A stretch of 63,383 nt of DNA, counting the filler, from Kipferlia bialata (Eukaryota), in NCBI GenBank assembly GCA_003568945.1. It is 5 parts of 5 records of this genome, joined end to end, with 100 filler letters (N's around TTAATTAATTAA, not from the genome) between each part and the next. Parts side by side here need not be neighbours in the genome. Positions count along the whole stretch, not along the records: positions 1 to 31,133 come from BDIP01000024.1; 4 more parts are not named here. The stretch is one strand, 5' to 3'. Made by a program: the position numbers and the translations under genes. How positions within the stretch are numbered: the stretch's first letter is position 1; each line of letters begins with the position of its first letter. The notes beneath the pieces were generated by a model. That model saw only the letters and a list, made by a program, of their open reading frames with translations. It ran no database searches and was not told the DNA's origin. Below, in pieces: positions 15,001-28,137 of the stretch.

Positions 15001-18000
15001 CTGTGCAGGAGATGCCCTCAGACATTCCATCCTGGTCTGCCTGTCACGTAGAGGCCATTGTCACCCTCGGTACATACTCTGCTGTGCCCGTCTCAGTCGA
15101 CATCGAGACCGATAACGACGAGCTCACAGGCCTTACCCCACTTGTCAAGAGCCACGCTGTGACCAACATCATAGGCGCAGAGATCAGTGTTGCCCTTCCC
15201 TCACTTGTGATTGAGGGAGGGTATGTGTGCGATGACGCCACTAGCATCTTCGTGGACACTGTCACTCTGACCAACACTGTTGCAGGTGACATGGTGTACA
15301 TGACCCTCACACCCCACGACGTAGCTAAGACGTGCGAGGCTGTCCTGAGGCTCCACGGCTCTGTTGATGATGCCAATGCCTACTCTACAGTCAGCATCGC
15401 CAACGTCAGCGAGGATGCTGTTGTGAGCCTTGGTGAGGATTCCCTGAGCGTGGGAGACACCCTTGGTCTCGACCTGACCCTGGACGCCGGCCTCATCACC
15501 TCCGTTGAGGTTGAGTGTGTCCGCGGGTACTCCTTCTCTGTCGACTCCTGCTCCAACGAAGGGGATGCTGCTGTGTGTGAGGCTGTGATTGAGGACTGGG
15601 CCCAGGAGGACGAGTGTATGCTCACCGTTTCTGTTGCTCACAACGCACTTGTCTCTGCAAGTGGTCTGGTGCTGCCTGCTCTTGCCCTCACCATCCACAA
15701 CACAGAGCTCCGTGATCTGTCTTCTCTGTATGGTGCCGGAGACACAACCATCTCTATGACCATGGCTGTGGACGTCTATTCGGCCACTTCTCTCTCTATG
15801 GGATGGGTCTGCGGATCCAATGATGCTGTGTACACAGTTGAGAAGACTCTGGGTACAAACGATGTCACCCACGGAGACGTCCTCTCCTACCACGTGGCTC
15901 TGCCCCCTGGCGCATCTGACGACACTCACACTGGGTGTGTGCCAGTGGCCAGACTCTTTGGTGACAACGAGCACATCTACAGCGTCCCTTACGCTCTTGG
16001 TGCTCCTTCCTCCGCTGTTGTGTCCATGGACGCCAGTCTGTACTGGCCCACAGACACAGTGACGGTAGATGTCCTTGTGCACCCCGCCAACATATCGACT
16101 GTCACCCTCTCGTGCCCTGTGTCTGGCTACACCACTTCGGTGTCAACCCTGACTGCTCAGGGCAATGCCGCAGCTACCTTCACCCTGGAGGTCCCTGCTA
16201 ACATCCCCAACGAGGCCTGTGCCGTCACAGTACAGGTCTCCGACCCTGCTGAGACCGCGTTGGTCTCTGTTGTGTCAGAGACGAGCACCTTCCGGAACCC
16301 TTCCGTCAGGTGCTCTTCTGCTCTTGATCTACCCGGTACCGACGGTGCCTTCGGAGATGGAAGTGGCGACTACTCGGTCGGTGACATGTGCTCATGGAGC
16401 ATCACCCCTGAGCTGGATCTGCTGCTCCTGCTTGTGTTTGGTGACGTGGCTACCTCTTCTGGCTCTCAGGTATAAGGCTCTGTCATTGTTGTATATCTGA
16501 CTCATACCCTCCTTTCTCACCCTAGTTGACCATCTCCGATGCTTCTGGCTCCCGCACAGCCTCTGCCCAGCACATGGTCTTTGCCCCCCACAACGCTGAC
16601 TACCTGCTGCTAGGTGCCTCTGCCGGTGCCAGGAACAGCAAGGGTATCGACGTCACCCTCAATGCCCTGGCTGCCTCTGGTCCTGCCGCAGGGTTCGACG
16701 CAGAGTACCACAAGGTGCCCTACGTGGCCATCCCAGGCATCACCAACAAGGCCACAGAGGCCGGTGAGCCCCAGGTTGAGATCTCTGGCTCCTACGTGTG
16801 TGCCTCCGACTCCACCTGTCCATCCACCCTCTCTGTCGACTACACCCTTCAGTGTGACCTGACTGGGTATGCTTCATACGTCACAAAGGGCACATTTGAT
16901 CTTGTCAAGGGCGAGACCGCCTCTTCCACTGTTGCCATTGAGTCTGCATACAGCTGCCACCTGTGCTTCGAGCACAGTGAGCCTCAGATGAGGGCGTTCA
17001 TGTCTGACTCTGTCTCTACATGCTCTGCCTCCACAGACCCTCTCGACTTTGGCACAGTGGCCATCAGTGACCTCCAGAGTGTGTACCGCACCGGAGACAC
17101 CCTGGAGTTCTCACTTCTCAACCCTGTCCCTGCTATGGAGTATGCCGTGTACATGAAGTTCACAGACAGCACCACCCTGCTTCTGACCAAGGTCACCCCC
17201 TCCACCAGACTTGACACCGACTTCTCCGTCTCTGTCCCAACCACGTCCTCTAACCAGAACGGGGTCAAGCTCTCTGTCGTGCCCACCTCCACGTCCGTCC
17301 ACGTCTTTGAGTCCGAGGGCTCCTTCTTCCTGCGGTCGGACTCCGTGTACTGCGATGGGTCAGGCTTCCTCTATCCCGAGGCAGAGGTCATCCTGCGTCT
17401 CAGGCCCAACGTCAAGTGCGTGGCTGAGCTGTCGGCTGATGCTGTGAAGCACCTGTCCTTCGACACCCTCCCCAAGGGCAGCTACCTGCTCCAGGTGTCT
17501 GATTCCAACGGAGACCTGCTCCTTGACTCCTCTGCCTACATCCCATCCTCCATGTCTACCCAGGAGGACGCCCCCTACCCCTCCTTCTTCCTTGATGGCC
17601 CTGTCTTCATCACGGCCCAGGTCTACTCGGCCTCTGCTGTGCTGACAGTGGCCCAGACTGAGGACTGGTACCCTGTGCTGGGTCTGGCCCCTCTCGAGGT
17701 CACCTACCCCTACCAGGCCACTGAGCAGTATGTGCAGACCAAGGAGGACTGGACAGTGCAGCAGGTGCAGAAGGGAGACACACTCTCCCTGGGTGTGACC
17801 ACTCTGCAGACCGTGTCTGATCTCGAGGACGGAGACCTCTCTGACATCACAGTCGAGATGGCCGTGATCGATAACACCGGTAGCCTCTCTGACTGGACTG
17901 TTGTGGCTGTTGAGGACGCATCCTCCAGCGTCATTGCATTCGAGTATTCCTTCGACTTCCCCTTCAACCAGGATGTGCTTGTGCCTGTCAGCTACTACGA

Positions 18001-21000
18001 GTACTCCTTCATCAGAACATCCTACTCCTTCCGTGGGGTGGAGATCATCCAGAACAACGGCGTTGTCATCAGCCACTCTCACGATATTGCCGCTATGGTT
18101 GCCACGGGTGTCACAGAGCAGGAGGAGCTAGTGGTTGGTGCAGAGTACACCCTCTACCTTTCCACATCCCCTGCCGACATTGAGTATGAGGTCATCTGCG
18201 ACGGCACAGTTGTGGCTGGTGCATCCACTGTGTCCACCACTGCGTCTGGGGTCACCTCTCTATACGTCGACCCTGCCTTCTTTGTCCCAGGGACAGAGTG
18301 CAGGGTCGGAGTCCAGTCTCAGTCCCTGGCCGCTGGTGGGTTCACCCCCGTCCTCCCTGTGGTTGGACCTGCAGCAGCTCAGATCAGTGCGGTTGCCTCT
18401 CCCTTTGCAGTTGGCGAGACCGTCCCAGTGTCCTGGTCTGCAGATGTGCGTCTGGCCTACAGTCTCTACCTAGTCAACACCCAGATTGGTGTCGAGACCC
18501 TTCTGACTAGCGGGGATGACGTCAGCGACGTGACCTCCTTTGTCTACACTGTCACTGCTGAGGACGTGGCTGAGGACGACTATACCTTCGAGCTGAGGTT
18601 CTACGGCCTTGTGTCCACCACCAACACATTCACCATCGTCAACCCCTTGTTCTGCGATGCTGAGCAGACTATCACAGCCGGGACAGGCATCATCTCTGAC
18701 GGAGATGGAGACTACGTGTCCGGCATGGAGTGTCTGTTCCATGTCGACGCCCGCTCCTTCGTAGGATCTCTTGATGATGCCAGACTCCAGTTCAAGGTGA
18801 CAGAGGCCTCCTTTGCGGCAGACGCCTACCTCGACATCGGGTCCACCAGAGTCGAGGGAGACGTCGAGACACCAGTCTTTGTCGTCATTGACGGCACCCA
18901 GGCTGATGTCGAGTTTGACGGCGGTGCTCACGTCGAGGGTGAGGTCGGCTCTGGATTTGTGTCCAAGTTCAGGCTGGTCGACGGCTCTCTGCCCCCCCTT
19001 TCCCTCATCTCCCCCCCTGCTTCCACCGTTGCTGGAGGCAGCCTGTCTCTATCAGCTGAGTGCACTACCTCTCTGGCCTGCCAGGGTCACGTGTGTGTGG
19101 TTGCAACAGGAGAGGAGACCAGCACCGAGGCTGTGTGTGGGCCAGTGGACGAGACCCTGTCTCTCCCCCTCCCCAGCACCCTCTTCACAGGCACGTACTC
19201 CCTGAAGGTTTACAACGAGGCCACCCCTGGCATATTCACAGAGACCGATCTCTATGTCTCGGGTGTCTCCCCCGTTAATGTCTCTCTCTCTGTCGAGCAC
19301 GTGACCCCTTCATCCCCCCTGACCGTGACTGTGGACTCCCTTCTCCCCCTCACCCACTCTCTGTCTGTGATGTACCAGTGCACTCCTATGACTGGCCCTG
19401 TCCATGTCGCCCAGGAGCAGTATGAGGTCACAGCCTATGGGTCCGTCAGCCTTGCTCTGTCCCCCGAGGACAGTGTGCAGTCCAGCAACACATGCTACAT
19501 CACTGCCTCTCTTACAGACATTGAGGGTTCCTCCAAGACGTCCTCTGTCTTTGAGTACAGGTCCATGACGGCCACCTGCCGCGAGGCCATCACCCAGACC
19601 GAGCTTGAGGGCTTCATCTCCAGTGGAGTTGACTCTATCACTGACACCTGCGTGTGGACACTCGATGTCTCCGGAAGAGACGCCGGTGTCCCACTTAGGA
19701 TGGACTTCACCAGCATATCCCTCGCAGAGGGACACACTCTCACTGTGGAGGCCGGCAATGACTACTCCCTGTCCATCAGTACAGGAGACTGGCCCAGCAC
19801 TCTGGTGCTTGACTATGACGTCGTCACTGTCTCCTTCAGTGGAGTACCCACTGCCCAGTCCGCATTTGTGGCATCGTACTCGGCTCTCTCCACCCCATAC
19901 ATCGCCGGGGTTGATATTGATGCATACTACTCCAAGAGTGACGTGTCCGACTTCTCTGTGTTGAGGCGTGGTCAGAGCTATCTCCTCACCCTCTCTGGTG
20001 TCTCTGACGTGACTGCCGTTGACGTCTCAGTCCGCAACCTCGATGGGTCCATTGCCCTCACCCTGGGCTCTGACATGTCTGTCTTTGACGGCACTGTGCT
20101 GGTTGAGATACCCCTCACTGCTGGTATTGTGGAGGGCACTGAGTATGTCTTTACTCTCTCCCTCTCGGACGGAACTGTCCTCTTCCACTCCGAGGCATAC
20201 ACAGTCCGCTCCCTCATCCCTGACCGTCTGGTTGTATCCACCACCTCTGGAGGTGATGCCGCTACCTACTTTGTGGCTGGGGAGAATGTGTACATCAGAT
20301 GGTTCAATGGCGTGTCCAACGCTGTGAGTGTCAACCTGACCTACGGCTCTACCATTGTTCGTGCCATCTCCACCCTCACCCCCTCTGGGACTGAGTCTGA
20401 GGTTGAGTGGACCATTCCCTCCACCCTGCCTTGCCTTGAGGGAGCCTCCATCACCGTCTCCCCCATCGGCACCAGCAGCACCAGCACTGCCTATGCCTCT
20501 GGCCTCACGGTGCAGGGTGTCCTGGCCCTGACCTTCACCATGGCCCAGCTGCAGGAGTACACTGTGGCAGACCAGGACATCGCCTTCACTCTGCCTTACC
20601 CCCTGTCTAGCATTGACATCGAGCTGAGACACGTTCTGCTCTCGGGCCAGGTCACCACTGTGCAGACTTGGACAGGAGTGGCAGGTGCCGTGGACGGTGC
20701 CTTCTCCGCCCTCCTTGGCTCTGCTGTCCCAGGCACATACGACTTCAGAGCTACGGCCCTGGACGGCGCTGTGTCTGTTGACTCGTCCCGTTTCACTGTG
20801 GTGGACCCTGAGTCCTGTCCGGTTGATGCCGCCGTGTCCCTCCTGGGTCTAGGCTCAGAGGGCACGCTGTCTCTCTCTGGCTACAAGCTGTACGAGACCC
20901 AGCAGTGTTCATGGACTGTCACCCACGACACTGGTCTGAACCTAGTCCTCAAGGGAACATACTCCTGCCCCTCTGCAGCAGAGTCTCCATTCACAGTGTC

Positions 21001-24000
21001 TGTCGACGTCGACGACGTCACCGATGACCTGGTCAACCATGGATTCACTGCTCAGTGGGAGGGCCTTCCCGACCAGTCCTGGGTCACCACCGTCCCAGTT
21101 CCCTCTGGTGACAGAGCATCCACCACCCTGTCCTTCGATGTTGACGCCAGTGCTCTCGAGTGCGGTGTGGATATCTTCTGGTACCAGACCGAGGAGGTGT
21201 TCTCTGTGTCACCTCTCTCCACCCACGTGTATGTCCCCGAGGACCCGATCGACCTCGAGTACCGTCCATACCCAGCCAGCCCCGACATGACCATTGACAT
21301 TGAGATGCTCTGCGGTGTCGTGTCTCCTCACTCTGTCATGGACGTCAACACTTCCAGCTACTTTGCCGAGACCATCACCACCCCCACCATCTCTGGATAC
21401 AACCTCTGCTCCCTGGAGTTCAGCGTTGCCGGCACTACTGATGTGACTGGCGTCTCTGACACATTTGAGGTTGTGGGAGACGGTGCCCTGGCAGTATCGC
21501 TAGACAGGACATCCTATGACAGCGGTGACAGCTCCACTACCGATTCCGCTAGTGTTACAGTTGTCGCTGCTGGGTTTGCTGGTGTGTCCAAGGAGGTGTA
21601 TGTGTCATTCAACTGTGAGATTGCAGGCACCGCCGAGGTCATTGGCAGCACCACCTACACCCTGGACGCTGCCAACACCAGTGCCACCGAGGAGCACACT
21701 GTGTCCCTCGACATCCCCCCCACCACTGTCATGAGTCCCCTGTGTTATGCCTCTGCCCATGTCGTTGGCTTGGAGGCCGAGACCTCTGCTGAGTCTGACC
21801 CCGCTGTCCTCTTCAACCCCCAGACACCCTGCTCTGGGGCCATGACCCTATCTGCCATCGGGGCAGGCGTCATCTCATCCGGTGCCGTGCCCTACGACGA
21901 CACCTACCGCTGCCAGTGGACGGTGTCCATCGACAACGGCCTCTTCGTGCACATCAAGTCTCTGGACCTTGCTGACGGAGACTCTGTCACCGTGTCTCGG
22001 TTCAGGTCAGATGTGGAGTTCCTGCCCACCGTGGTCCTTGGAGAGACTGACCTGATGGACGGTGACTTTGTGCTTGCCAACATCGACACGGCAGTCATCT
22101 CATTCAGCCCCTCCGGCAGTGGCAATGGCTTCACACTAGCCCTGGAGCCAGTCAACGAGGACGTGGCCCTTCCTGTGCCCCTCGTCTCTGTCGACGGCAT
22201 CCTCACCCCCCTTGCCGACACCGAACAGACTCTGCTACCTGGGGCTGATGTGTGGGTGTCCATGGAGGTGACCGAGGTCGACGGCGAGGCCCTATCCCCC
22301 AGAGACACTGTGCAGGTGTGGTACGCAGGGTCTGAGGATGGGACTGCCCTGCCCGTCTCGACCACCCCCCAGGATGTCGAGCCCTCTGGCCAGGTGTACC
22401 CCACCACCTATATCCCTCTGGAAGAGGAGTACCAGGTGCTGTGGGACTCCCGTGTCATCCGCGTTGGATCCCAGATGGGTGAGAGTGTCACAGCATACTC
22501 TGGTCAGCTACCCATCGGAGGCGGCATCATCCGTTACCTCGAGAGCGGTCTGACCGAGTCTCTCGTTGAGACCACCACCACCTTCACCGTCTCATGGGAG
22601 ATGATCAACCTGGACCAGGGTGTCCACGTGTACCTGCTGAACGGGTCCACTGTGATCTCAGTCCTCTATGAGCAGTACTACGGGGATGGCACCACCCTTG
22701 GGTCCGTCGATGTCACCATCAACCCCAGCTACCTCTACACAGGCCACCACTACTCTGTGGCCGTGGTCTCTGTGGAGTACCCTGACACCTACGAGCTCAC
22801 CCCCTACTTCACTGTGATGGGCATGGTGCCTCTGGCTGTGACTGTAGAGGACCCCACCCTCTATCCCGGCCGCACTCTCTCTCTCAGCTGGGACCACCCT
22901 GCACCCTTCTCCCTGGGCACATATGTCTTTGTGCTGGAGTCTGACGGGCGTTCCTGCGTGGGCTGCCCCTCCATCACCATTGGTACCCTGGCTGACACTG
23001 ACATGGCCTCTGGGTCTCTGGACTATACTCTCCCTGACAACGTGGCTGCCAACGAGTACGACCTCAGGCTGTACTGGTCAGACTTCGATGCCTTCCTGGA
23101 GGAGGTGTCCATCTCTGGGGTCGATGCCTCCATGAGCTGCACAGGCATGTCAGAGTCCACAGAGGCACATGGGGTCTTCACAGACGGGTCTAGCTACGTC
23201 AGGTCGTACCAGGGCTGCATGATGCAGATAGAGCCTGAGATGGCCGAGGGAGAGACCCTGGCCGTCCTAGTGCACAGCGTAGACCTGCCCTCCGGTGCAC
23301 TTCTAGAGCTCCTTGTCGACTGCGACACCGACAACGTGATGACATCCTTCAACTCCTTCAGCCCCGTCACCTCCACCATGGGATTCCACTCCTCGGGACC
23401 TCTTTGTGCCCGTATCACCTCGGGATCTGTGTCCACATCCCACACTGGCTTCGAGCTTGAGTGGTACGTGGTACCTGAGGACCAGTGTGTGCTGCTCTCT
23501 CAGCCCTGCGACGCTCAGGAGACCTATGACATTGGGTCCACCATGGACATGGCCTACACCTGTGGCCCCTCCTTTGCCTTCTCCGAGGCCACCCTCTACC
23601 TCAAGAACACCGAGTATCCCCCTCAGGACCTGTCTATCGAGTCTGTGTCCAACACAGTGTATGGCGAGACCTCCTTCACCGTGCCCTCCACGATGGCCAT
23701 GGGCACAGCCGACATCACCCTCGCATCCTCCTCAGACTACTCCATCAAGGTCGGAGACATCTCCTCCCCAGAGACCACCTGGGAGAGCGACGAGTTCGGC
23801 ATCGCGGGTGCTGCTCCCTTCTCCTTCTTCCTGCCCACCTCTCCCGTGTTGAGGAAGGGAGAGGAGTTCACGTTCACCGTGACCTCCATGTTTGCTCTAA
23901 CTGACGCAGAGATCTCTGTGACCTGTTCTGGTTATGCCCTCACTATCGTGTCCAGCGACGAGGAGATCGAGGCTGTATACCACTCCACTCCCATCTCCCC

Positions 24001-27000
24001 TGCAGGCAGCATGCTCTCGTTCACCCCTGGGGACGACCTTCCCAACTCCAACGACTGCCGTTTCCAGGCCTATCGTTCCGCCGACCCCGGTCTGTCCCTG
24101 GCCCTGTCAGATTCCCTTCCTGCCCGTAACCCCGACGCCACCTGCTCCGGCGCCCTCTCTCTCTCTGAGTCCTACAACACTGTGTCTGACGGTGACGGCA
24201 TGTACATGCCAAGCCAGAGCTGCACATGGGCTGTGAGCCCCCCAGCAGACGAGGAGGACGCCATCTTCCACGTGTCTGTCTCCTCTGCTGACCTGGACAC
24301 CCATGACACAGTCGCAGTCTACCAGGGCAGCAGTGCATCGGGGATCCTGGCCCAGGTGACCACCCACACCTCCATGCCCGCAGACGTGCATGTCACAGAC
24401 GCAGCCTACATCGAGCTCAACGCCGGTGGCCTCTTTGGAGGAGACGGATTCTCTCTCAACTACGAGGTTGTGTCTTCTCCCTATGCTTCCCTTGCCTTCA
24501 ATGGAGATGCGACCTCTGCCCTCAACCCCGAGGAGGAGGTGACATTCACCGTGGGAGTCACCAAGTCCAGCGCCATTGAGACCATCAGTGTCAGCGCAGT
24601 GTGTCTAGTGCCCTTCCCCTACACAGAGGGCGCAGACACCTCCTGCGACGCTGCCTCCAGCGTCCTCATATCCGGCCCAGTGTACGACCAGTCCTCCTCC
24701 TTCAACCTCTCCTGGACCGTGCAGACCATCACCGCCGGCACCTACAGGCCCCAGCTCGAGTACTACGCTGTCAACGATGCCGCCATGCGTGTGTTCCGCT
24801 GGTCCACCCTGGACGTGGCCTCCCTCGACCTGTATGCCGTGTCAATGGTCATGCCTAATGGGGGGGTCGTCAAGGCAGGGGCCGAGTACGCTGTGACCTG
24901 GGACAGCACCGCACAGGATGTCGACTTTGACGTCCTGTTTGTCTATGACGGCATTGTCATCGAGACCCTCGAGACTGGTGTCATCGACATGCAGTATGAC
25001 TTTGTGGGCCCTGCCGACAACCTCTACTGGGACGGAGACCTCTACCAGGTGTGTGTACGTGCTACCACCGCGGCCACCCAGGCTGACGGTGGTATTGTGC
25101 AGTGTGCCGATACCTTTGAGGTGTCTTCTCAGGAGGGCCAGTCCCCCTTCACCTTCAACGGCCTCTCTGTCACTGGCGTGGATGATGACGGTGTGCCCAC
25201 CACATCCTCCATCGATGACGGTGTCTCCTGGGGTGAGAGCGTGGCCATCAGCCTTGTGATCAATGACAGCTACCCAGGCGGTCTTGTTGCCCACCTCTAC
25301 AACGTGTTGGACGAGTCCAACAGCGTGTACTTCCTCACTCAGGCCGTGGCCACCGACTCTCTCTCCATCCCCATCGACAACACAATCGCTGCCGGAGAGT
25401 ACTTCATCCAGCTGAGCTACACCTCCGCAGGTGTGCTCACCGACTCCCCTGTCTTCACCATCACAGCCGACAGTGATATGTGCATGGGCGTGGTCACCCT
25501 CACAGACCTCGAGGGATCCATCCAGCCGCACTCCACTAAGTATGTGGAGGGCATGCAGTGCGGGTGGATAGTGGACGTGTCGGCCGAGGCTGAGGCCACC
25601 GACGTCATCGTCATATCCTTCGACGACGACTACGCGATGGGTCCCCTGGCCTACCTCACCATCTACATGAGCTCTGACAACGGAGCGACATCTCAGGTCA
25701 TGCCCTACAACCCCAGCCAGACCTCCTACATCATCGGGTCCTACATGTACGTGGAGTTCAGTACCGGTGCCGGTGCAGAGTCGATGCGTGGATTCAACCT
25801 CCACTACAGCGTCCGTCCCTCTTCCGGATACCGTTTCTCCTCTGGTCCCGTCGGACCATATGCCGCCGAGACTGACTCTGTCGCCTTCGACATCTTGGCC
25901 GGATACCTCAACATGTACGACCCAGTCATCGTGTACCTAGAGAACGAGAGCGTCCCTAGTCTGTCGACAGAACCAGTCCACACAGACCTGGCGGGAGTGT
26001 ACTCTAGTACATTCGATATCGGCCTGTCCGCCGACCTGGTGTCCAACGACAAGTACACGGTACGGTTTACTCTGGCTATGTATATCTATATCTTTTTCTA
26101 TTGACTCCATCTCTGCCCTGCCTGTGTCTCACCCTAGATGCGTGTGGTTGCCAGTCAGCACACGGGAGTGGAGGCTGTGTCCTCCGCCTTCGGTGTCCTG
26201 GGTGTTTACCCCCTCTCTGTACCCGACTTCCAGTCTGTGATCCCAGACACCCTCGACGCCGGCACCGCCCCCTTCACCCTCTCTCTGGTCAGTACCGTTG
26301 ATGAGGATGTCACGGTGGTGCTGGAGTGTGACGGCGAGCACATCTACGACATCGACCACACCTCTGCCGCCGCCACCCACTCTGTCACCGTGGCCCCCGG
26401 TCTCTTTGAGGACCAGATTGTCAACTCCAACTCCTGTGTGCTCCGTGCCTATGTGGATGATCTGGAGGCAGAGGGACCCATGCACCAGGTGTCCACTGCT
26501 GTCAGCCCTGTGTTCAGCTCCTTTGCCCCCAACAAGATGTGCCGCGGTCAGCACACCATCACTGACGACTCTGGCAGCATATCCTCCGGTACAGGCACCG
26601 ACTCTGAGGCCCGGGTGTGCTCATGGACCATCGACACGTCCAGCGCCACAGGCCTCAACTACGCACTCACCATGTCTGTCAACTCTGTCGACTTTGATGA
26701 TGGGGAGAGTGTCACCCTCTCCGACCACAACAACGAGGTGGTCTGGACCGGGTCCACTGCCCTGCTGCCTGGAGACCTCCACTTCCCCGAGGGCGTGTGT
26801 AACGTGTCCCTCACCCGTGCCGCCGCTGAGGCTGAGTCCTCTGTCTCCTTCTCCTGGGCCCTCAAGCAGTACCCCTTCATGGATGTGTCCGAGACCAGTG
26901 CCCTCGACCCCACCACCCAGCTGCCCCTCGACACCTCAGAGCCCCTACCCACCGGTGCCGAGCTCGACATCTCCCTGTCCGAGATGACCTCCACCGAGGC

Positions 27001-27658
27001 CGGGGCCTACTCTTCCAAGGACATGACCGACATCTCCTGCTTCTTCTTCAACGGCATCTCCTCCCTCACCATCGCCGAGAACACCGTGTCCAGCCGTCTG
27101 CTCTGGACCATCCCAGACGACATCGACCTGTCCACGGGCAATGTGTGGTGGACGAGGGTGTTCTTCAAGACAGCAGGCAGTGACGAGGTCAGGGTCACGG
27201 ACGGGTCGGCTGTGCAGCTGGTGAAGGTGTCTGACGCCGCAACCACCGGCACAGGCTCCACCGACGCCCAGTGGATCCTGCTCCTGGTAGTGATGGGAGG
27301 TATGTTCCTGCTGTTTGTGCTGGTGGTCGGCCTGTTCTGTGTCGTCCGTACCCAGAAGCAGCGGCCCATGGTGGTCATGATGCCGTCCCAGATGCAGGGC
27401 CAGCTCCAGTTCGGACAGGCCGTGCCCATGCCCATGTACGCACAGGGGCAGGGACAGGGCCAGGCGGGCAGCCCCAGCAGCCCCCTCTACATACAGCAGG
27501 GGGTGCCGGAGGGTGCGCAGTTCCAGCAGAGCGTGAACCCCATGATGATGATGCAGATGGGCAGACAGAAGGCCATGCGCAGGGGGGGCAGCAAGGCGCC
27601 CAGGCACCAGGCCCCCCCGACCAGCCTCATGTCCGAGCTCCTCGCTGATGACTTCTAG
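74..27658 (+). CDS. Giant single-pass (type I) cell-surface protein, 5'-partial, about 9,100 aa visible: tandem ~200-aa Cys-containing beta-rich units, then ~9 CUB-like domains interleaved with Ig-like domains, TM, M/Q/P-rich tail
   Basis: Exons 74-377, 449-2611, 2679-16469, 16526-26059, 26138-27658, joined by four short GT-AG phase-0 introns (378-448, 2612-2678, 16470-16525, 26060-26137) that fuse the long ORFs in frame (27,313 nt). CUB-like motifs e.g. CDAEQTITAGTGIISDGDGDYVSGMECLFHV and CSGALSLSESYNTVSDGDGMYMPSQSCTWAV. TM WILLLVVMGGMFLLFVLVVGLFCVV is followed by RTQKQR. No start codon or signal peptide in the window. Confidence 0.88.
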
Positions 27659-28137
27659 AGGCTATCGTAAACCTCAGGACTGTTATACTTCCTAGAGTCC
27701 GATGTGACTCAATATCGGTGGGCTCTGTTGCCTTCCGCTTGGGATTAGAGCCGATTCCAGTGTGTACTGGGTCAGCCCTTCCTCAAACTGTGTGTGTGTC
27801 TATTGTTTCTCTGATCATTCCCTTCCATCTGATGTGCCTCTGAACCAGGGCATGTATAGGGTGGGAAAGCGAATAAACCTTGATTGTTACTTCCCATGCG
27901 TGTGTTGCCTCTCTCGAGATCTATTAATATCATATGTATCAGATTCAGTATCGATACATATGATATATTGATGCTGTCTAAAAATAAGTGGAGAAAAATA
28001 TATTTATATCTCATCCCATTCTATTTTTAGTAAAGTCGAAACTTACTATTATTTTCCCTGTAATTAATATTTTTAAAAACGTGGTCAATTCACAAGTGCA
28101 CTGATTTGAGAGCGGTCTCTTTCAGACTGGCTTACCG

